Origin: an uncultured Bacilli bacterium
Lineage (GTDB): Bacteria; Bacillota_I; Bacilli_A; RF39; UBA660
Direction of reading: 5' to 3'
Assembly: GCA_934086395.1 (NCBI GenBank)
Contig: CAKOIE010000004.1
Coordinates: 285-64,284, forward strand
Length of the DNA: 64,000 nucleotides
In this document: piece after piece, positions 46,700 to 57,514 of the stretch
Numbering within the stretch: position 1 is the first letter of the stretch
Layout of the letters: each line of letters starts with the position of its first letter
Program-made: the position numbers and the translations under genes
Notes under the pieces: model-generated
What the model was told of the DNA's origin: nothing
The model's database searches: none
Seen by the model: only the letters and a program-made list of their open reading frames with translations

Positions 46700-47915
46700 T
46701 TATATCTTCCTCACTAAATATATTCTCTACTGCTTTAATAATTCCTAATTTACCATATTCAAATGTAAGAGCACCTTGTAAATAGGCAACAAAAGGCTTT
46801 CTAATTGGAGCGTCACATGATAATTCTATACTAGATCCTTCAGTAAATGAACCACTTGCCATAATAATTTGATTATCATATCCTGGCATATCAGTTGGAA
46901 CTGGTAAATAACATGAATCTATTGCACTTCCCATTTGAACTCCTTTAACAAAATTAATTAACTTTTCTCTATCATTAAATACGATTCCAAGAACAATATC
47001 ATTAAGTTCATTGTTAATCATATCACAACCTAATAACTTTAATAGTTCTCTAGCAAATACCTTAGTTTTTAAGGCATTACCAACAACCATTGGGGCTTCA
47101 TATATTCCAAGCATAAAGTTTCTTGTTTGATTAAGAGATGGACCTACTTCTGCGCCTAAGCCAGGAGATGTTAATCTTTCACTGCATAAATTAACTAAAT
47201 CACTCTTACCACAAATATATCCACCGTTATTAGCAATTCCACCACCTAAATTCTTAATTAAAGATCCAACAACTAAATCTGCTCCTACTTCGGTAGGTTC
47301 TTTATATGAACACATTTCACAATAACAGTTATCAACCATAATTATTACATCTTTATTAATACTTCTAATAAACTTAATAACTTTTTCAAGTTTTTCTATA
47401 CTTAAAGTATCTCTTAGACTATAACCAATTGATCTTTGTATATGAACCATTTTAACATTTAAACTATCTTTAATTTTATCATAATCAAAATCATTATTAA
47501 CTAAATCAATATATTTAAAATTAATACCAAATGCCTTTAAAGAACTAGGATTATCTTTAATTCCTATTACTTCATGTAATGTGTCATATGGTAAGCCAGA
47601 GATTGATAACAATGTATCACCTGGTCTTAAAATACCAAAAAAGGCAGTAGATAAAGCATGAGTTCCACTAACAAATTGGCATCTAACTAAAGATGATTCA
47701 CATCCAAAATAATCAGCAAAAACTTTTTCTACTTTATCTCTTCCAATATCATTATAACCATAACCAGTTGATGAATTAAAATCAGTTGTTAACACTTTTT
47801 CCTTATGAAAAGCATCTAATATTTTTTTGGAGTTATTATAAACTATTTTATCTATTTCTTTTAATTCATTTTCTATATTTTTATTTACAATATCTATATA
47901 TTTATCTAACATCTT
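46689..47915 (-). CDS. YnbB/aluminium-resistance family protein (Met gamma-lyase-like PLP enzyme)
   Basis: STGYGYNDIGRDKVEKVFADYFGCESSLVRCQFVSGTHALSTAFFGILRPGD closely parallels B. subtilis YnbB. Confidence 0.85.
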   Translation of the reverse strand, partial: KMLDKYIDIVNKNIENELKEIDKIVYNNSKKILDAFHKEKVLTTDFNSSTGYGYNDIGRDKVEKVFADYFGCESSLVRCQFVSGTHALSTAFFGILRPGDTLLSISGLPYDTLHEVIGIKDNPSSLKAFGINFKYIDLVNNDFDYDKIKDSLNVKMVHIQRSIGYSLRDTLSIEKLEKVIKFIRSINKDVIIMVDNCYCEMCSYKEPTEVGADLVVGSLIKNLGGGIANNGGYICGKSDLVNLCSERLTSPGLGAEVGPSLNQTRNFMLGIYEAPMVVGNALKTKVFARELLKLLGCDMINNELNDIVLGIVFNDREKLINFVKGVQMGSAIDSCYLPVPTDMPGYDNQIIMASGSFTEGSSIELSCDAPIRKPFVAYLQGALTFEYGKLGIIKAVENIFSEEDINGR

Positions 47916-48573
47916 CACCACTCACTTTAATAATTTGATCTTTTAATTCTTTATTTGTACATACTTTATATATTAATTTAGCTAAATCTTCTTTTTTAAT
48001 AAATTTAATATTTTTCTTATATTCTTCATCCATTAAATTAGTTATATCAGTATCTATCCAATCAGGACAAACACAGTTGATATTAAATTCAGGTAAATAT
48101 TTAGAAAAGTTATGGGTTAATGAGATTACTCCTGCTTTAGAAGCATCATAATCAATTGATTCAGGATAGTATGTATTTATAGCATTAGTACTTGAAATAT
48201 TAACGATACTTCCTTTATTCATTTTATCTATAGCGTATTTAGTAACTAAAAATGTACCTGTTAGATTTGTATGCAATATACGATTAAATTCATATGCATT
48301 TTTATCTTTTAAATCTTTATCATCACTAATGGCAGCATTATTAACTAAGTAATCTAGATGGTCTATTTTATCAAACATATCTTTTACTTCATCTTCATTA
48401 GATATATCACATTTAATTACTTCAACATTTACATTAGTAACACTATCTGCAAGTTTATAGGCTTCTTTTTCACTATGATTATAATTAATTATTACATCTA
48501 CTCCATTTGCTGCAAAAATTTTAATTATTTCAGCACCTAATCCCCTACTAGAACCAGTAACTAATACTTTCAT
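47902..48573 (-). CDS. SDR family oxidoreductase
   Basis: VLVTGSSRGLG (TGxxxGxG), NNAA and YDASKAG (YxxxK). Confidence 0.8.
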   Translation of the reverse strand: MKVLVTGSSRGLGAEIIKIFAANGVDVIINYNHSEKEAYKLADSVTNVNVEVIKCDISNEDEVKDMFDKIDHLDYLVNNAAISDDKDLKDKNAYEFNRILHTNLTGTFLVTKYAIDKMNKGSIVNISSTNAINTYYPESIDYDASKAGVISLTHNFSKYLPEFNINCVCPDWIDTDITNLMDEEYKKNIKFIKKEDLAKLIYKVCTNKELKDQIIKVSGEDVR

Positions 48574-48657
48574 TAATATCACTTCTTTTCTTTAATAATT
48601 CTATCAAAATTAAGTAAAAAAAGAAACCATGTATATGATTTCTCTTATAAGATGTGA

Positions 48658-49986
48658 TTAAGCAATACGGAAGGCGGGAGAAAAGCCGTTAGTATCAGAA
48701 TAGTTAAAATATCCCCAGTCACCATCGTTTCGAACACGCAAAAATTGGTCATTAAAGTTTGATGGCATAGTTCGCAATATCCATGGATAATCTATATTAT
48801 TATAATGCTTGATGGTATTTATAAAATTAGTTGTTAAAACGCCATTTGTTTTATAATAATCAAGCTGTCTAGTATTATAATAAGCAGTGTCAAATCCAGA
48901 AATTATATTATTTGAACCATTAGTATATACTTCATGAGCACTTAGCAAGTATATTTTATCTATTGATTCCCAATTGCCGTCTGTTCTTTTATTGTTCTTG
49001 TCATCGCTGCCATGACCTGATACTACTTTTGTTTTTACTATTATATTTCTTAATTCATCTGGTAATTTATTAAAGAATTCTCCATTTGCGTATGTTCTTA
49101 TTGCTGTTGCTGGCCATCCACCATTATTTGTATTTGTTAAATTCATTTGTCTTTTTTCCACAATATCAACAAATTCTAAAACAAATCCACAAGCTGTCTT
49201 TGAAAATCCTTCTTTATTACATTCATCAGGTGTTGTATTATTTGCAACTCTAACTTTATGTACTTGATTATCAATAGTTACCTCTTTTTCAGAACCAACT
49301 GCATATGTTGTTAAATAACCATCTTTAACAATATTAGCTATTTTTTCCCATGAATCAGTACTAAATGTTCCTTCATAATTAATTACTATCTTTCCAGTTA
49401 AACTTTTTCCTTTTTCACTATCTTGATTTAAACCATTATCTGGAAATTGTAGTTTTAAATTAAATGTAATTGTTTGATTTGTTGTATTTGTTTTAAACTC
49501 TCCTGTTGCTAGTTCTAGGTATCTATTTCCTTTTTTTAAAGTACCATGAGTATATCCTGTTTCTGATGCATTTCCAGGTATTGCTTGATTAGATACTCCA
49601 ACTAAATTACTCGTTATATTACTATTTGTATTTGTTCTTTTTATATAATAATGAATCATTTCATCACTAAACTCTGATACATAATCTAGTCCTACTTTAT
49701 ATGGCATAGAAAGTCCACTTGTCGTATTTGTTCCTGTTAAAGTAAATGTTTTATTTACTATAATATTATTACTAGGTTCAATATTTTTACTTGTTAATAT
49801 ATCACTTGTTCCATCAGTATAACTTATGGTCATCTTTCCTCCTGTTACTTCTACTATTGATGTACTTCCATTATTATTTGTTGATGTAAAAAAAGCATAT
49901 GTTATTCCTGAGAACATCATTAATAATATTAATAATATTCCAATCATTACATATACTTTTACTCTTTCATTCTTAACCTTATTCAT
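48658..49986 (-). CDS. Secreted protein, family copy B (type-1 C-domain)
   Basis: SipW-type signal (FSGITYAFFTSTNNNGS) and a conserved N-domain. The C-domain has GGWPATA, IYLLSAHEV and a terminal FSPAFRIA. Confidence 0.85.
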   Translation of the reverse strand: MNKVKNERVKVYVMIGILLILLMMFSGITYAFFTSTNNNGSTSIVEVTGGKMTISYTDGTSDILTSKNIEPSNNIIVNKTFTLTGTNTTSGLSMPYKVGLDYVSEFSDEMIHYYIKRTNTNSNITSNLVGVSNQAIPGNASETGYTHGTLKKGNRYLELATGEFKTNTTNQTITFNLKLQFPDNGLNQDSEKGKSLTGKIVINYEGTFSTDSWEKIANIVKDGYLTTYAVGSEKEVTIDNQVHKVRVANNTTPDECNKEGFSKTACGFVLEFVDIVEKRQMNLTNTNNGGWPATAIRTYANGEFFNKLPDELRNIIVKTKVVSGHGSDDKNNKRTDGNWESIDKIYLLSAHEVYTNGSNNIISGFDTAYYNTRQLDYYKTNGVLTTNFINTIKHYNNIDYPWILRTMPSNFNDQFLRVRNDGDWGYFNYSDTNGFSPAFRIA

Positions 49987-50009
49987 TTTATTTCACCTAA
50001 CCTAGTGAA

Positions 50010-50039
50010 ATTATATTACTAAATGTTCTTCCCCGTCAA
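50010..50039 (-). promoter_or_regulatory. Family promoter (copy B): TTGACG-N18-TATAAT
   Basis: -35 at 50034-50039 and -10 at 50010-50015 (reverse complement). Confidence 0.5.
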
Positions 50040-50114
50040 GCAAAAATTTGTTCTATTTTCTTATAATTTTTAAATTAACATACATAACTTTTAGTAAATT
50101 ATTTTATAAAGACC

Positions 50115-51692
50115 TTATTCAAGAAGGTAAGGACTACCTTCTTCACCAGTTCCACTAGCTATCAAGATATCAGATTTCAAGAAAACGGCCGGCAGAACTC
50201 CGCTGGAGCTACACGCGCTGTTGCAGTCGACAGCACCGCCCCCAAACACATAGAACACATTATCCGAGTTACTAGAGTAAGGCGACAATGTCCAATACCA
50301 ACTAGACTTTTGTAACCAATTGTCAATTTTACATTTTGTATTAGTATAATCATTTTGTTCTTTTGCTTTATCATACACTACTCCAGCTCTTAAATTTTCT
50401 CTACATTCACTATTTGTTGAGGCATATCCATAATCACTAGCATAAATTAGTCCAACCTTACCTGTCCACTCAGTAGGGCGACTATTTTGATAGGTGATTG
50501 TTCCTCTTTCTTTATTATATTGATCTAATAGAGGCAATCCATATGGTGCAGAACTTGGGTTGTTATAACTATTTCCTCCAATGTTCCATACACTTTCACT
50601 TATCATATTTTGATAATTGCTTTTTATAACTTTAGTATAATCAAATTCTCCAGTTTGGTGAAGTACTATTTTTTTCAATGTTGAATCATAATATGAATTA
50701 TACCAATTTGTCTTGTTTGCAGTTAAAGCTGTATTTAAATAATCACCATTTAATTCTTTCATCAAGTCTGCTTCTGTCCAATTATTAAATCCATAATCAT
50801 TATTTCCAGTGGCATCCCATGAATATGATCCTAAAGATTCATTTCTAACTAATTTAATCTTTCTTTCAATTTTACCTGTTGAATCTTTTACATTAAATAC
50901 GCCTATTATTCTCCATAGTTCTCCTGTGTTAGCAAACTCAACATAATTATTTGGATTAGCACCTGTATATCTTAAGTTTACATCACTTGTATTATCTATA
51001 AATAAACCACTTGTTGATACTCCATTTGTTTTAGTTTCTTTATCATATAACGCAATTAATGTATCTGTTGCTGATTCTTTATAATTTACAATTATCTTTC
51101 CAGTGAAAATTTTTCCTTTTTCACTATCTTGGTTTAAACCATTATCAGGAAATTGTAGTTTTAAATTAAATGTAATTGTTTGATTTGTTGTATTTGTTTT
51201 AAATTCTCCTGTTGCTAGTTCTAGGTATCTATTTCCTTTCTTTAATGTACCATGGGTATAGCCTGTTTCTGAGGTGTTACCTGGTATCGTTTGATTTGCT
51301 GTTCCAACTAGGTTACTTGTTACATTACTATTTGTATTTGTTCTTTTTATATAATAATGAATTTGTCCATCACTAAACTCTGATACATAATCTAGTCCTA
51401 CTTTATATGGCATTGCTAAACCACTTGTTGTATTTGTTCCAGTTAAAGTAAAAGTTTTATTAACTATAATGTCATTACTAGGCACAATATTTTTACTAGT
51501 TAACAAATCACTTGTTCCATCAGTATAACTAATGGTCATCTTACCTCCTGTTACTTCTACTATTGACGTACTTCCATTATTGTTTGTTGATGTAAAATAT
51601 GCATATGTTATTCCGCCAAATAATAAAATCATCATCGTAATTGTAGATAAGATTACAATTAATTTTACCTTGCTTTCTTTCACTTTCATCAT
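50115..51692 (-). CDS. Secreted protein, family copy C (type-2 C-domain, VR-like 3' patch)
   Basis: SipW-type signal (FGGITYAYFTSTNNNGS) and a conserved N-domain. The type-2 C-domain has ELWRIIGVF, SVWNIGGN, GLIYASDYGYAS, WYWTLSPYS and VLPAVFLKS. Confidence 0.85.
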   Translation of the reverse strand: MMKVKESKVKLIVILSTITMMILLFGGITYAYFTSTNNNGSTSIVEVTGGKMTISYTDGTSDLLTSKNIVPSNDIIVNKTFTLTGTNTTSGLAMPYKVGLDYVSEFSDGQIHYYIKRTNTNSNVTSNLVGTANQTIPGNTSETGYTHGTLKKGNRYLELATGEFKTNTTNQTITFNLKLQFPDNGLNQDSEKGKIFTGKIIVNYKESATDTLIALYDKETKTNGVSTSGLFIDNTSDVNLRYTGANPNNYVEFANTGELWRIIGVFNVKDSTGKIERKIKLVRNESLGSYSWDATGNNDYGFNNWTEADLMKELNGDYLNTALTANKTNWYNSYYDSTLKKIVLHQTGEFDYTKVIKSNYQNMISESVWNIGGNSYNNPSSAPYGLPLLDQYNKERGTITYQNSRPTEWTGKVGLIYASDYGYASTNSECRENLRAGVVYDKAKEQNDYTNTKCKIDNWLQKSSWYWTLSPYSSNSDNVFYVFGGGAVDCNSACSSSGVLPAVFLKSDILIASGTGEEGSPYLLE

Positions 51693-51711
51693 CCTTCCTT
51701 ATCATAGTCAA

Positions 51712-51741
51712 ATTATATCGCTAAAAATCCTCCCTAGTCAA
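51712..51741 (-). promoter_or_regulatory. Family promoter (copy C): TTGACT-N18-TATAAT
   Basis: -35 at 51736-51741 and -10 at 51712-51717 (reverse complement), directly after the polA stop. Confidence 0.5.
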
Positions 51742-51754
51742 GCGAAATTTTGTT

Positions 51755-54313
51755 CTATTTTGTATCATACCATGTAGAACCAAAATCTAAACTTGCTTTT
51801 AGATCTACATCTAATTTAACAATATGTTCCATGGCATCTTTTACAATTTTAGTTAATATATCTTTTTCAGATTCTAAACAATCAAATATTAATTCGTCAT
51901 GGACTTGTAATAACATCTTTGATTTTAGATTATTTTTAGTTATTTCATTATCTATTTTAATCATAGCCATTTTTAAAATATCAGCACTAGTTCCTTGGAT
52001 TGGAGTATTCATAGCTATTCTTTCTCCACTTTGTCTTATTAAATAATTTCTATTAGATAATTCATCAATATGTCTTTTACGATTAAATAATGTTCTTACA
52101 TATCCATTTTCATATGCATCTTTAACAGTTTTATCCATATATTCTTTTACTCCTGGATATAATTCATTAAATTTCTCAATTAATTCTTTGGCTTCTTTTG
52201 GAGAAATTTGTAAATTTTCACTTAATCCAAAACTACTTATACCATAAACAATTCCAAATACGACTGCTTTAGCTTTACTTCTTTGTAACGTGGTTACTTC
52301 ATCTAGTGGAACTCCAAAAATATCACTTGCTACTTGTTTATGGATATCTATATTATTATTAAAAGCATTTATTAATTCTTTAGATTTTGATAAATGTGCT
52401 AGTACTCTTAATTCAATTTGAGAATAATCTGTGCTTAAAAATAAGTCATATTCAGGTAAAAATGCTTTTTTTACTAATTTACCATCTTCTTTTTTAGAAG
52501 GAATATTTTGCATATTTGGTTCTAAACTTGATAATCTTCCTGTTCTAGTTAATGCTTGTTTATAGATAGTATGAATTTTATTATCATCTTTAATAAATAC
52601 TTTTAATCCCTCTAAATAAGTACTATTTAATTTAGTTAAATTACGATAATCAATAATTAATTTTAATTCTGGTATTGTTTTAGATAGTTTTAATATTGTA
52701 GATGCATCAGTATTATACCTATTTGTTTTATTCTTTTTATGTGTGTATGGTAAATTCATATGTTCAAATAATACTACTCCTAACTGGATGGGACTATTAA
52801 TATTAAACTCTTCTCCACATACAGAATATATTTTTTTTGATATATCTTCTAAATTCTTATCCATATCTTTTTGAAGAGATGATAATATGTCTTTATCACA
52901 AATTATTCCATTTAATTCCATTTTAGCTAGAACTGTTATTAAAGGCATTTCAATATTTATAAATAAATCTAACATTTCTTCTTGTTGTAATTCATTTATA
53001 AATCTTTCTTTTTGATTATAAATATATTTTGCTTTTAATGTTACTTCATTTTCTAAATTAGTTTTATCTTTAATTACATCATTATAAAATGAAACATATA
53101 TTCCTTCTTTATTCATAAGTACAGCAAGATCTTCTTTAATTTGATAATTAAGTAGATAGGCAGCTATCATAAGATCAAAAGAAGTATTTAAATGTATGTT
53201 ATTAAGTAAATTTATATTCTTTTTTAAATCATAAGTATATTTATCATTATCTTTTAAGTATTCTAAACATTCAGTAATCATTTCGGGTTTTATAAAGAAA
53301 GAATTAATACCGTCATATAAACCCATTCCTAGTATTTCAGAATTATGATAATTTTCATTATTACATTCTATATAATAAGATATATCATTATTTTTATTAA
53401 TTTCATTTAAATTTTCTAATACTTTATAATTTGATATAGTATTTTCTTGTTTGTAATCCATTTTTTTAAGATATGAAAAAAATTCTAGTTCCTTGTATAT
53501 TTCAATTAATTTATCTTTATTAGGTCCTAAATATTTACAATCTTTAAGAGTTTCTTTAATTGGGGCGTTTAAACATATTGTACATATATCTTTACAAAAA
53601 TAAGCACTAGTTATATCTTTTAATAATTTATCATGAGTTGCTCCTTTTATTGAATCAATATTATCATATATTTCTTCTATCGTATTATATTGTTGTAATA
53701 GTTTAAGTGCTGTTTTTTCACCTATTCCTTTTACTCCTGGGACATTGTCTGATGGATCCCCCATTAAAGCTTTTAAATCTATCATTCTAATTGGTTCAAT
53801 ACCATAATCTTCAATAAATTTTTCTTTAGTATATCTTATATAGTCTTTACTTTTTAATAATTTTACTTCTACTTCTTCATTAATTAATTGTAATAAATCT
53901 TTATCAGAAGATATAATAGTTGCTACAAAGTCTTTATCATCTAAAGCCATTTTACTTAATGTACCAATTATATCATCTGCTTCATAATTAGATAATTCAA
54001 TATGTTTTATTCCCATAGCATCTAGTAATTCTTTTGATTTAGTTAATTGAATTAATAGTTCATTTGGGGTTGCACTTCTTCCAGCTTTATATTCTTTATA
54101 TTTTTCATGTCTAAAGTTTTTACCAATATCATAAGCTACTGCTATATAAGTAGGTTTTTCTTCTTCAATAATTTTATTTATCATATTATTAAAACCATAT
54201 AATGCATTAGTAGGATAATTTTTACTATTAACCATTAAGTTTCCAACTGCTGCTGTTGCATAATAACTTCTAAATATTAAGTTATTTCCATCAATTAGTA
54301 TTATTTTTTCCAT
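51755..54313 (-). CDS. polA: DNA polymerase I
   Basis: 852 aa. It has a 5'-nuclease domain (ILIDGNNLIFRSYYA) and a C-terminal family A polymerase domain (motif A DYSQIELRVLAH, motif B RSKAKAVVFGIVYGIS, motif C QVHDELIF). Confidence 0.97.
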   Translation of the reverse strand: MEKIILIDGNNLIFRSYYATAAVGNLMVNSKNYPTNALYGFNNMINKIIEEEKPTYIAVAYDIGKNFRHEKYKEYKAGRSATPNELLIQLTKSKELLDAMGIKHIELSNYEADDIIGTLSKMALDDKDFVATIISSDKDLLQLINEEVEVKLLKSKDYIRYTKEKFIEDYGIEPIRMIDLKALMGDPSDNVPGVKGIGEKTALKLLQQYNTIEEIYDNIDSIKGATHDKLLKDITSAYFCKDICTICLNAPIKETLKDCKYLGPNKDKLIEIYKELEFFSYLKKMDYKQENTISNYKVLENLNEINKNNDISYYIECNNENYHNSEILGMGLYDGINSFFIKPEMITECLEYLKDNDKYTYDLKKNINLLNNIHLNTSFDLMIAAYLLNYQIKEDLAVLMNKEGIYVSFYNDVIKDKTNLENEVTLKAKYIYNQKERFINELQQEEMLDLFINIEMPLITVLAKMELNGIICDKDILSSLQKDMDKNLEDISKKIYSVCGEEFNINSPIQLGVVLFEHMNLPYTHKKNKTNRYNTDASTILKLSKTIPELKLIIDYRNLTKLNSTYLEGLKVFIKDDNKIHTIYKQALTRTGRLSSLEPNMQNIPSKKEDGKLVKKAFLPEYDLFLSTDYSQIELRVLAHLSKSKELINAFNNNIDIHKQVASDIFGVPLDEVTTLQRSKAKAVVFGIVYGISSFGLSENLQISPKEAKELIEKFNELYPGVKEYMDKTVKDAYENGYVRTLFNRKRHIDELSNRNYLIRQSGERIAMNTPIQGTSADILKMAMIKIDNEITKNNLKSKMLLQVHDELIFDCLESEKDILTKIVKDAMEHIVKLDVDLKASLDFGSTWYDTK

Positions 54314-54432
54314 GTTATCATCTCCAAGTATATTCTATAATAAATATGATAAAAAAACTATTGTTAAAGAATAATAGATTGATTTTTTTAATAAAATATC
54401 GTAATATATCTAATACGTTGTGAGGATATTAT

Positions 54433-55902
54433 ATGTGTGATTATAGAGAAAAATATAAAAATTTATATATGAGAATATTAAATAAATTAAATTTAATTAG
54501 TAAAGAAAACGATGATGTTAGTACATGTTATGAAGCTTTAGATAGAATAGATAAAAGTATATGTTCATGGCTTCAATGTAATTTAGATTATAATGGAATT
54601 ATGGTTGTTTATAATAAGGGAATAGTTCTATTAAATGATTTAGATAAAAGAATTGAAAATAAATATGAATATAGTATTAGATATAAGAATGTTAATTATT
54701 TAATTGATTTAAGTGGGGCTATTATTAGATGTTTAAGTAAGATAGATTCTAATTTAGATGGTTGTTCTAAAGATTTTATAAATGATATTTATAAAATAGC
54801 TTATCAAGTTATTAAATTGGAGTTTTATTATTATAATAGTTCTATTGTTTGGAATTATTGTAAAGAGAATGATAAACATAAATTACATATTTCTAGATAT
54901 ATTATGAAAGATGTTAAGAAATATAATTATAATATTTTAAATAAAGATAAATTTATTAATGAAGAGTTTATAAGAATTATTAGTAAAAAGGAATGTAAGG
55001 TTTTAGAAGATGATTTATTTAAATTATTAGATGGATTAAAAAAGAAATTAGAAGATATAATTAAAGAAATAAGTAAAAATAGATGTGATATAGTAAAAAG
55101 TACTAATGAGATTGAAAAGATTAAATTAAAGATTGAAGAATATAAAAGATATAAGGTTAAATGTTTTATTAAGGCTTTAGGTTCTTGGTTATTAACTATT
55201 AGTATTTTAGGTGGAGCTATATATGGTTGTTCTAGGGGAAAAAAGTATCATAATTATATAGAAAAATATTCTTCTATAGATGATTCATTTAGTAAGATAG
55301 ATAATGGATATAAGAGAAATACAGATTTGTCACATACTTATATTGTAGTTTATGGAGATGCTAGATTTAGTGATAATAAATATGATAGAGAGGCTTATAT
55401 TTTTAATATTAATGATATTAAATCGGATGATATTAATGATTATTTTGGAGTTGATTTATCTTGTTATAGTTATGAAGTAGATCATATTGTGGAAGATAAT
55501 CCAGTTAGTACTAAAGAATATACTGAAATATATAAACAAAAAATTGATAAAAATAATTATAATTATGATTTTTCAATTAATGATATGTTTATATATATGA
55601 TTTGTTTTATTTTATTGACTTTAACTTTAGAAAAATTATCTAGTTTAGTTTATAGAAAATCTAAATTTGGAATAATATCTCCTTGGATTAATTTATATAA
55701 TGATTTAAAGGGTAATGGATACGAATCATATGAAGATATGTATAAAAGATTATCTAGTGATAATTATGGGCTTAAAAAAGATATTAATGAGTTATTAAAG
55801 GATAAAGAATTTATATTAAGTTTATATAATGAGATTATAAATAATAAAGAATTTAATTATAAAATAAATGGAAAGAGTAAAAGAAAAAGAATCAATGAGT
55901 GA
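54433..55902 (+). CDS. Hypothetical membrane protein with a coiled-coil segment
   Basis: 489-aa ORF with TM segments near residues 250-270 and 385-405. No family recognised. Confidence 0.5.
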   Translation: MCDYREKYKNLYMRILNKLNLISKENDDVSTCYEALDRIDKSICSWLQCNLDYNGIMVVYNKGIVLLNDLDKRIENKYEYSIRYKNVNYLIDLSGAIIRCLSKIDSNLDGCSKDFINDIYKIAYQVIKLEFYYYNSSIVWNYCKENDKHKLHISRYIMKDVKKYNYNILNKDKFINEEFIRIISKKECKVLEDDLFKLLDGLKKKLEDIIKEISKNRCDIVKSTNEIEKIKLKIEEYKRYKVKCFIKALGSWLLTISILGGAIYGCSRGKKYHNYIEKYSSIDDSFSKIDNGYKRNTDLSHTYIVVYGDARFSDNKYDREAYIFNINDIKSDDINDYFGVDLSCYSYEVDHIVEDNPVSTKEYTEIYKQKIDKNNYNYDFSINDMFIYMICFILLTLTLEKLSSLVYRKSKFGIISPWINLYNDLKGNGYESYEDMYKRLSSDNYGLKKDINELLKDKEFILSLYNEIINNKEFNYKINGKSKRKRINE

Positions 55903-55911
55903 TTCTTTTTT

Positions 55912-57489
55912 CTATAAGCTTAATTTATAAGGGGTATCTTTTTCACCTGTTCCGGATGTGAATAAGATATTTGATTTTAAATAAAGAGAGGGGAAAACAT
56001 TATATGAGTAAGACGCATGATTGTAATCAACAGAACCATTCCAAACACAAAATATATGTTTCCAACTATTAGAGTAAGGCGACAATGTCCAATAATATGT
56101 CGTCGACTTATCTAACCAATTATCTAATTTACATTTCGAATTTGCATTATCATTTCGGTTATTTAAAGAATCATGCACTACTCCAGCTCTTAAATTTTCT
56201 CTACATTCACTATTTGTTGAGGCATATCCATAATCACTTGGATAAATTAGTCCAACCTTACCTGTCCACTTGGTAGGGCGACTATTTTGATAGGTTATCG
56301 TTCCTCTTTCTTTATTATATTGATCTAATAGAGGCAATCCATAAGGTGCAGAGCTTGGGTTACTATAAGTATTTCCACCTATGTTCCATACACTTTCACT
56401 TATCATATTTTGATAATTTTGTTTTATAGTTTTGGTATAGTCAAAATCTCCTTCTTTTCTTTGAACTGGCTTACTAGCTGTTGAATCATAATAACTATTG
56501 TACCATTTTGTATTAGATGTTAAAGTTGTATTTAAATAATCACCATTTATTTCATTCATTAAATCCGCTTCAGTCCAATCATTTATTCCCCAATCATTAT
56601 TTCCAGTTGCATCCCATGAATATGATCCTAATGATTCATCTCTAACTAATTTAATCTTTCTTTCTATTTTACCTGTTGAATCTTTTACATTAAATACCCC
56701 AATTATTCTCCATAGTTCTCCGGTGTTAGCAAACTCAACATAATTCTTTGGATTAGCTCCAGTGTATCTTAAGTTTACATCACTTGTATTATCTATAAAT
56801 AATCCACTTGTTGATACTTCATTTGTTTTTGTTTCTTTATCATATAACGCCATTAATGTATCTGTTGCTGATTCTTCGTAATTTATAGCTATCTTTCCTG
56901 ATAAACTTTTTCCTTTTTCACTATCTTGACTTACTCCGGTATCAGGAAATTGCATTTTTAAATTAAATGCAATTGTTTGATTTGTTGTATTTGTTTTAAA
57001 CTCTCCTGTTGCTAGTTCTAGATATCTATTACCTTTTTTAAGTGTTCCATGAGTATATCCTGTTTCTGAGGTGTTACCTGATATTGTTTGATTTGCTGTT
57101 CCAACTAGGTTACTTGATACATTATCATTTGTACTTGTTCTTTTTATATAATAATGAATCATTCCATCACTAAACTCTGATACATAATCTAGGCCTACTT
57201 TATATGGCATTGCTAAACCATTTGTCGTATTTGTTCCTGTTAAAGTAAATGTTTTATTAACTAAGATATCATTACTTGGCACAATATCTTTACTAGTTAA
57301 CAAATCACTTGTTCCATCAGTATAACTAATGGTCATCTTTCCTCCTGTTACTTCTACTATTGATGTACTTCCATTATTATTTGTTGATGTAAAAAAAGCA
57401 TATGTTATACCAGAGAACATCATTAATAATATTAATAATGTTCCAATCATTACATACACTTTTACTCTTTCATTCTTAGCATTATTCAT
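55912..57489 (-). CDS. Secreted protein, family copy D (type-2 C-domain)
   Basis: Same architecture as copy C. The C-terminal tail is SNILFTSGTGEKDTPYKLSL. Ends in TAG. Confidence 0.85.
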   Translation of the reverse strand: MNNAKNERVKVYVMIGTLLILLMMFSGITYAFFTSTNNNGSTSIVEVTGGKMTISYTDGTSDLLTSKDIVPSNDILVNKTFTLTGTNTTNGLAMPYKVGLDYVSEFSDGMIHYYIKRTSTNDNVSSNLVGTANQTISGNTSETGYTHGTLKKGNRYLELATGEFKTNTTNQTIAFNLKMQFPDTGVSQDSEKGKSLSGKIAINYEESATDTLMALYDKETKTNEVSTSGLFIDNTSDVNLRYTGANPKNYVEFANTGELWRIIGVFNVKDSTGKIERKIKLVRDESLGSYSWDATGNNDWGINDWTEADLMNEINGDYLNTTLTSNTKWYNSYYDSTASKPVQRKEGDFDYTKTIKQNYQNMISESVWNIGGNTYSNPSSAPYGLPLLDQYNKERGTITYQNSRPTKWTGKVGLIYPSDYGYASTNSECRENLRAGVVHDSLNNRNDNANSKCKLDNWLDKSTTYYWTLSPYSNSWKHIFCVWNGSVDYNHASYSYNVFPSLYLKSNILFTSGTGEKDTPYKLSL

Positions 57490-57514
57490 TTTATTTCACC
57501 TAACCTATAGTGAA

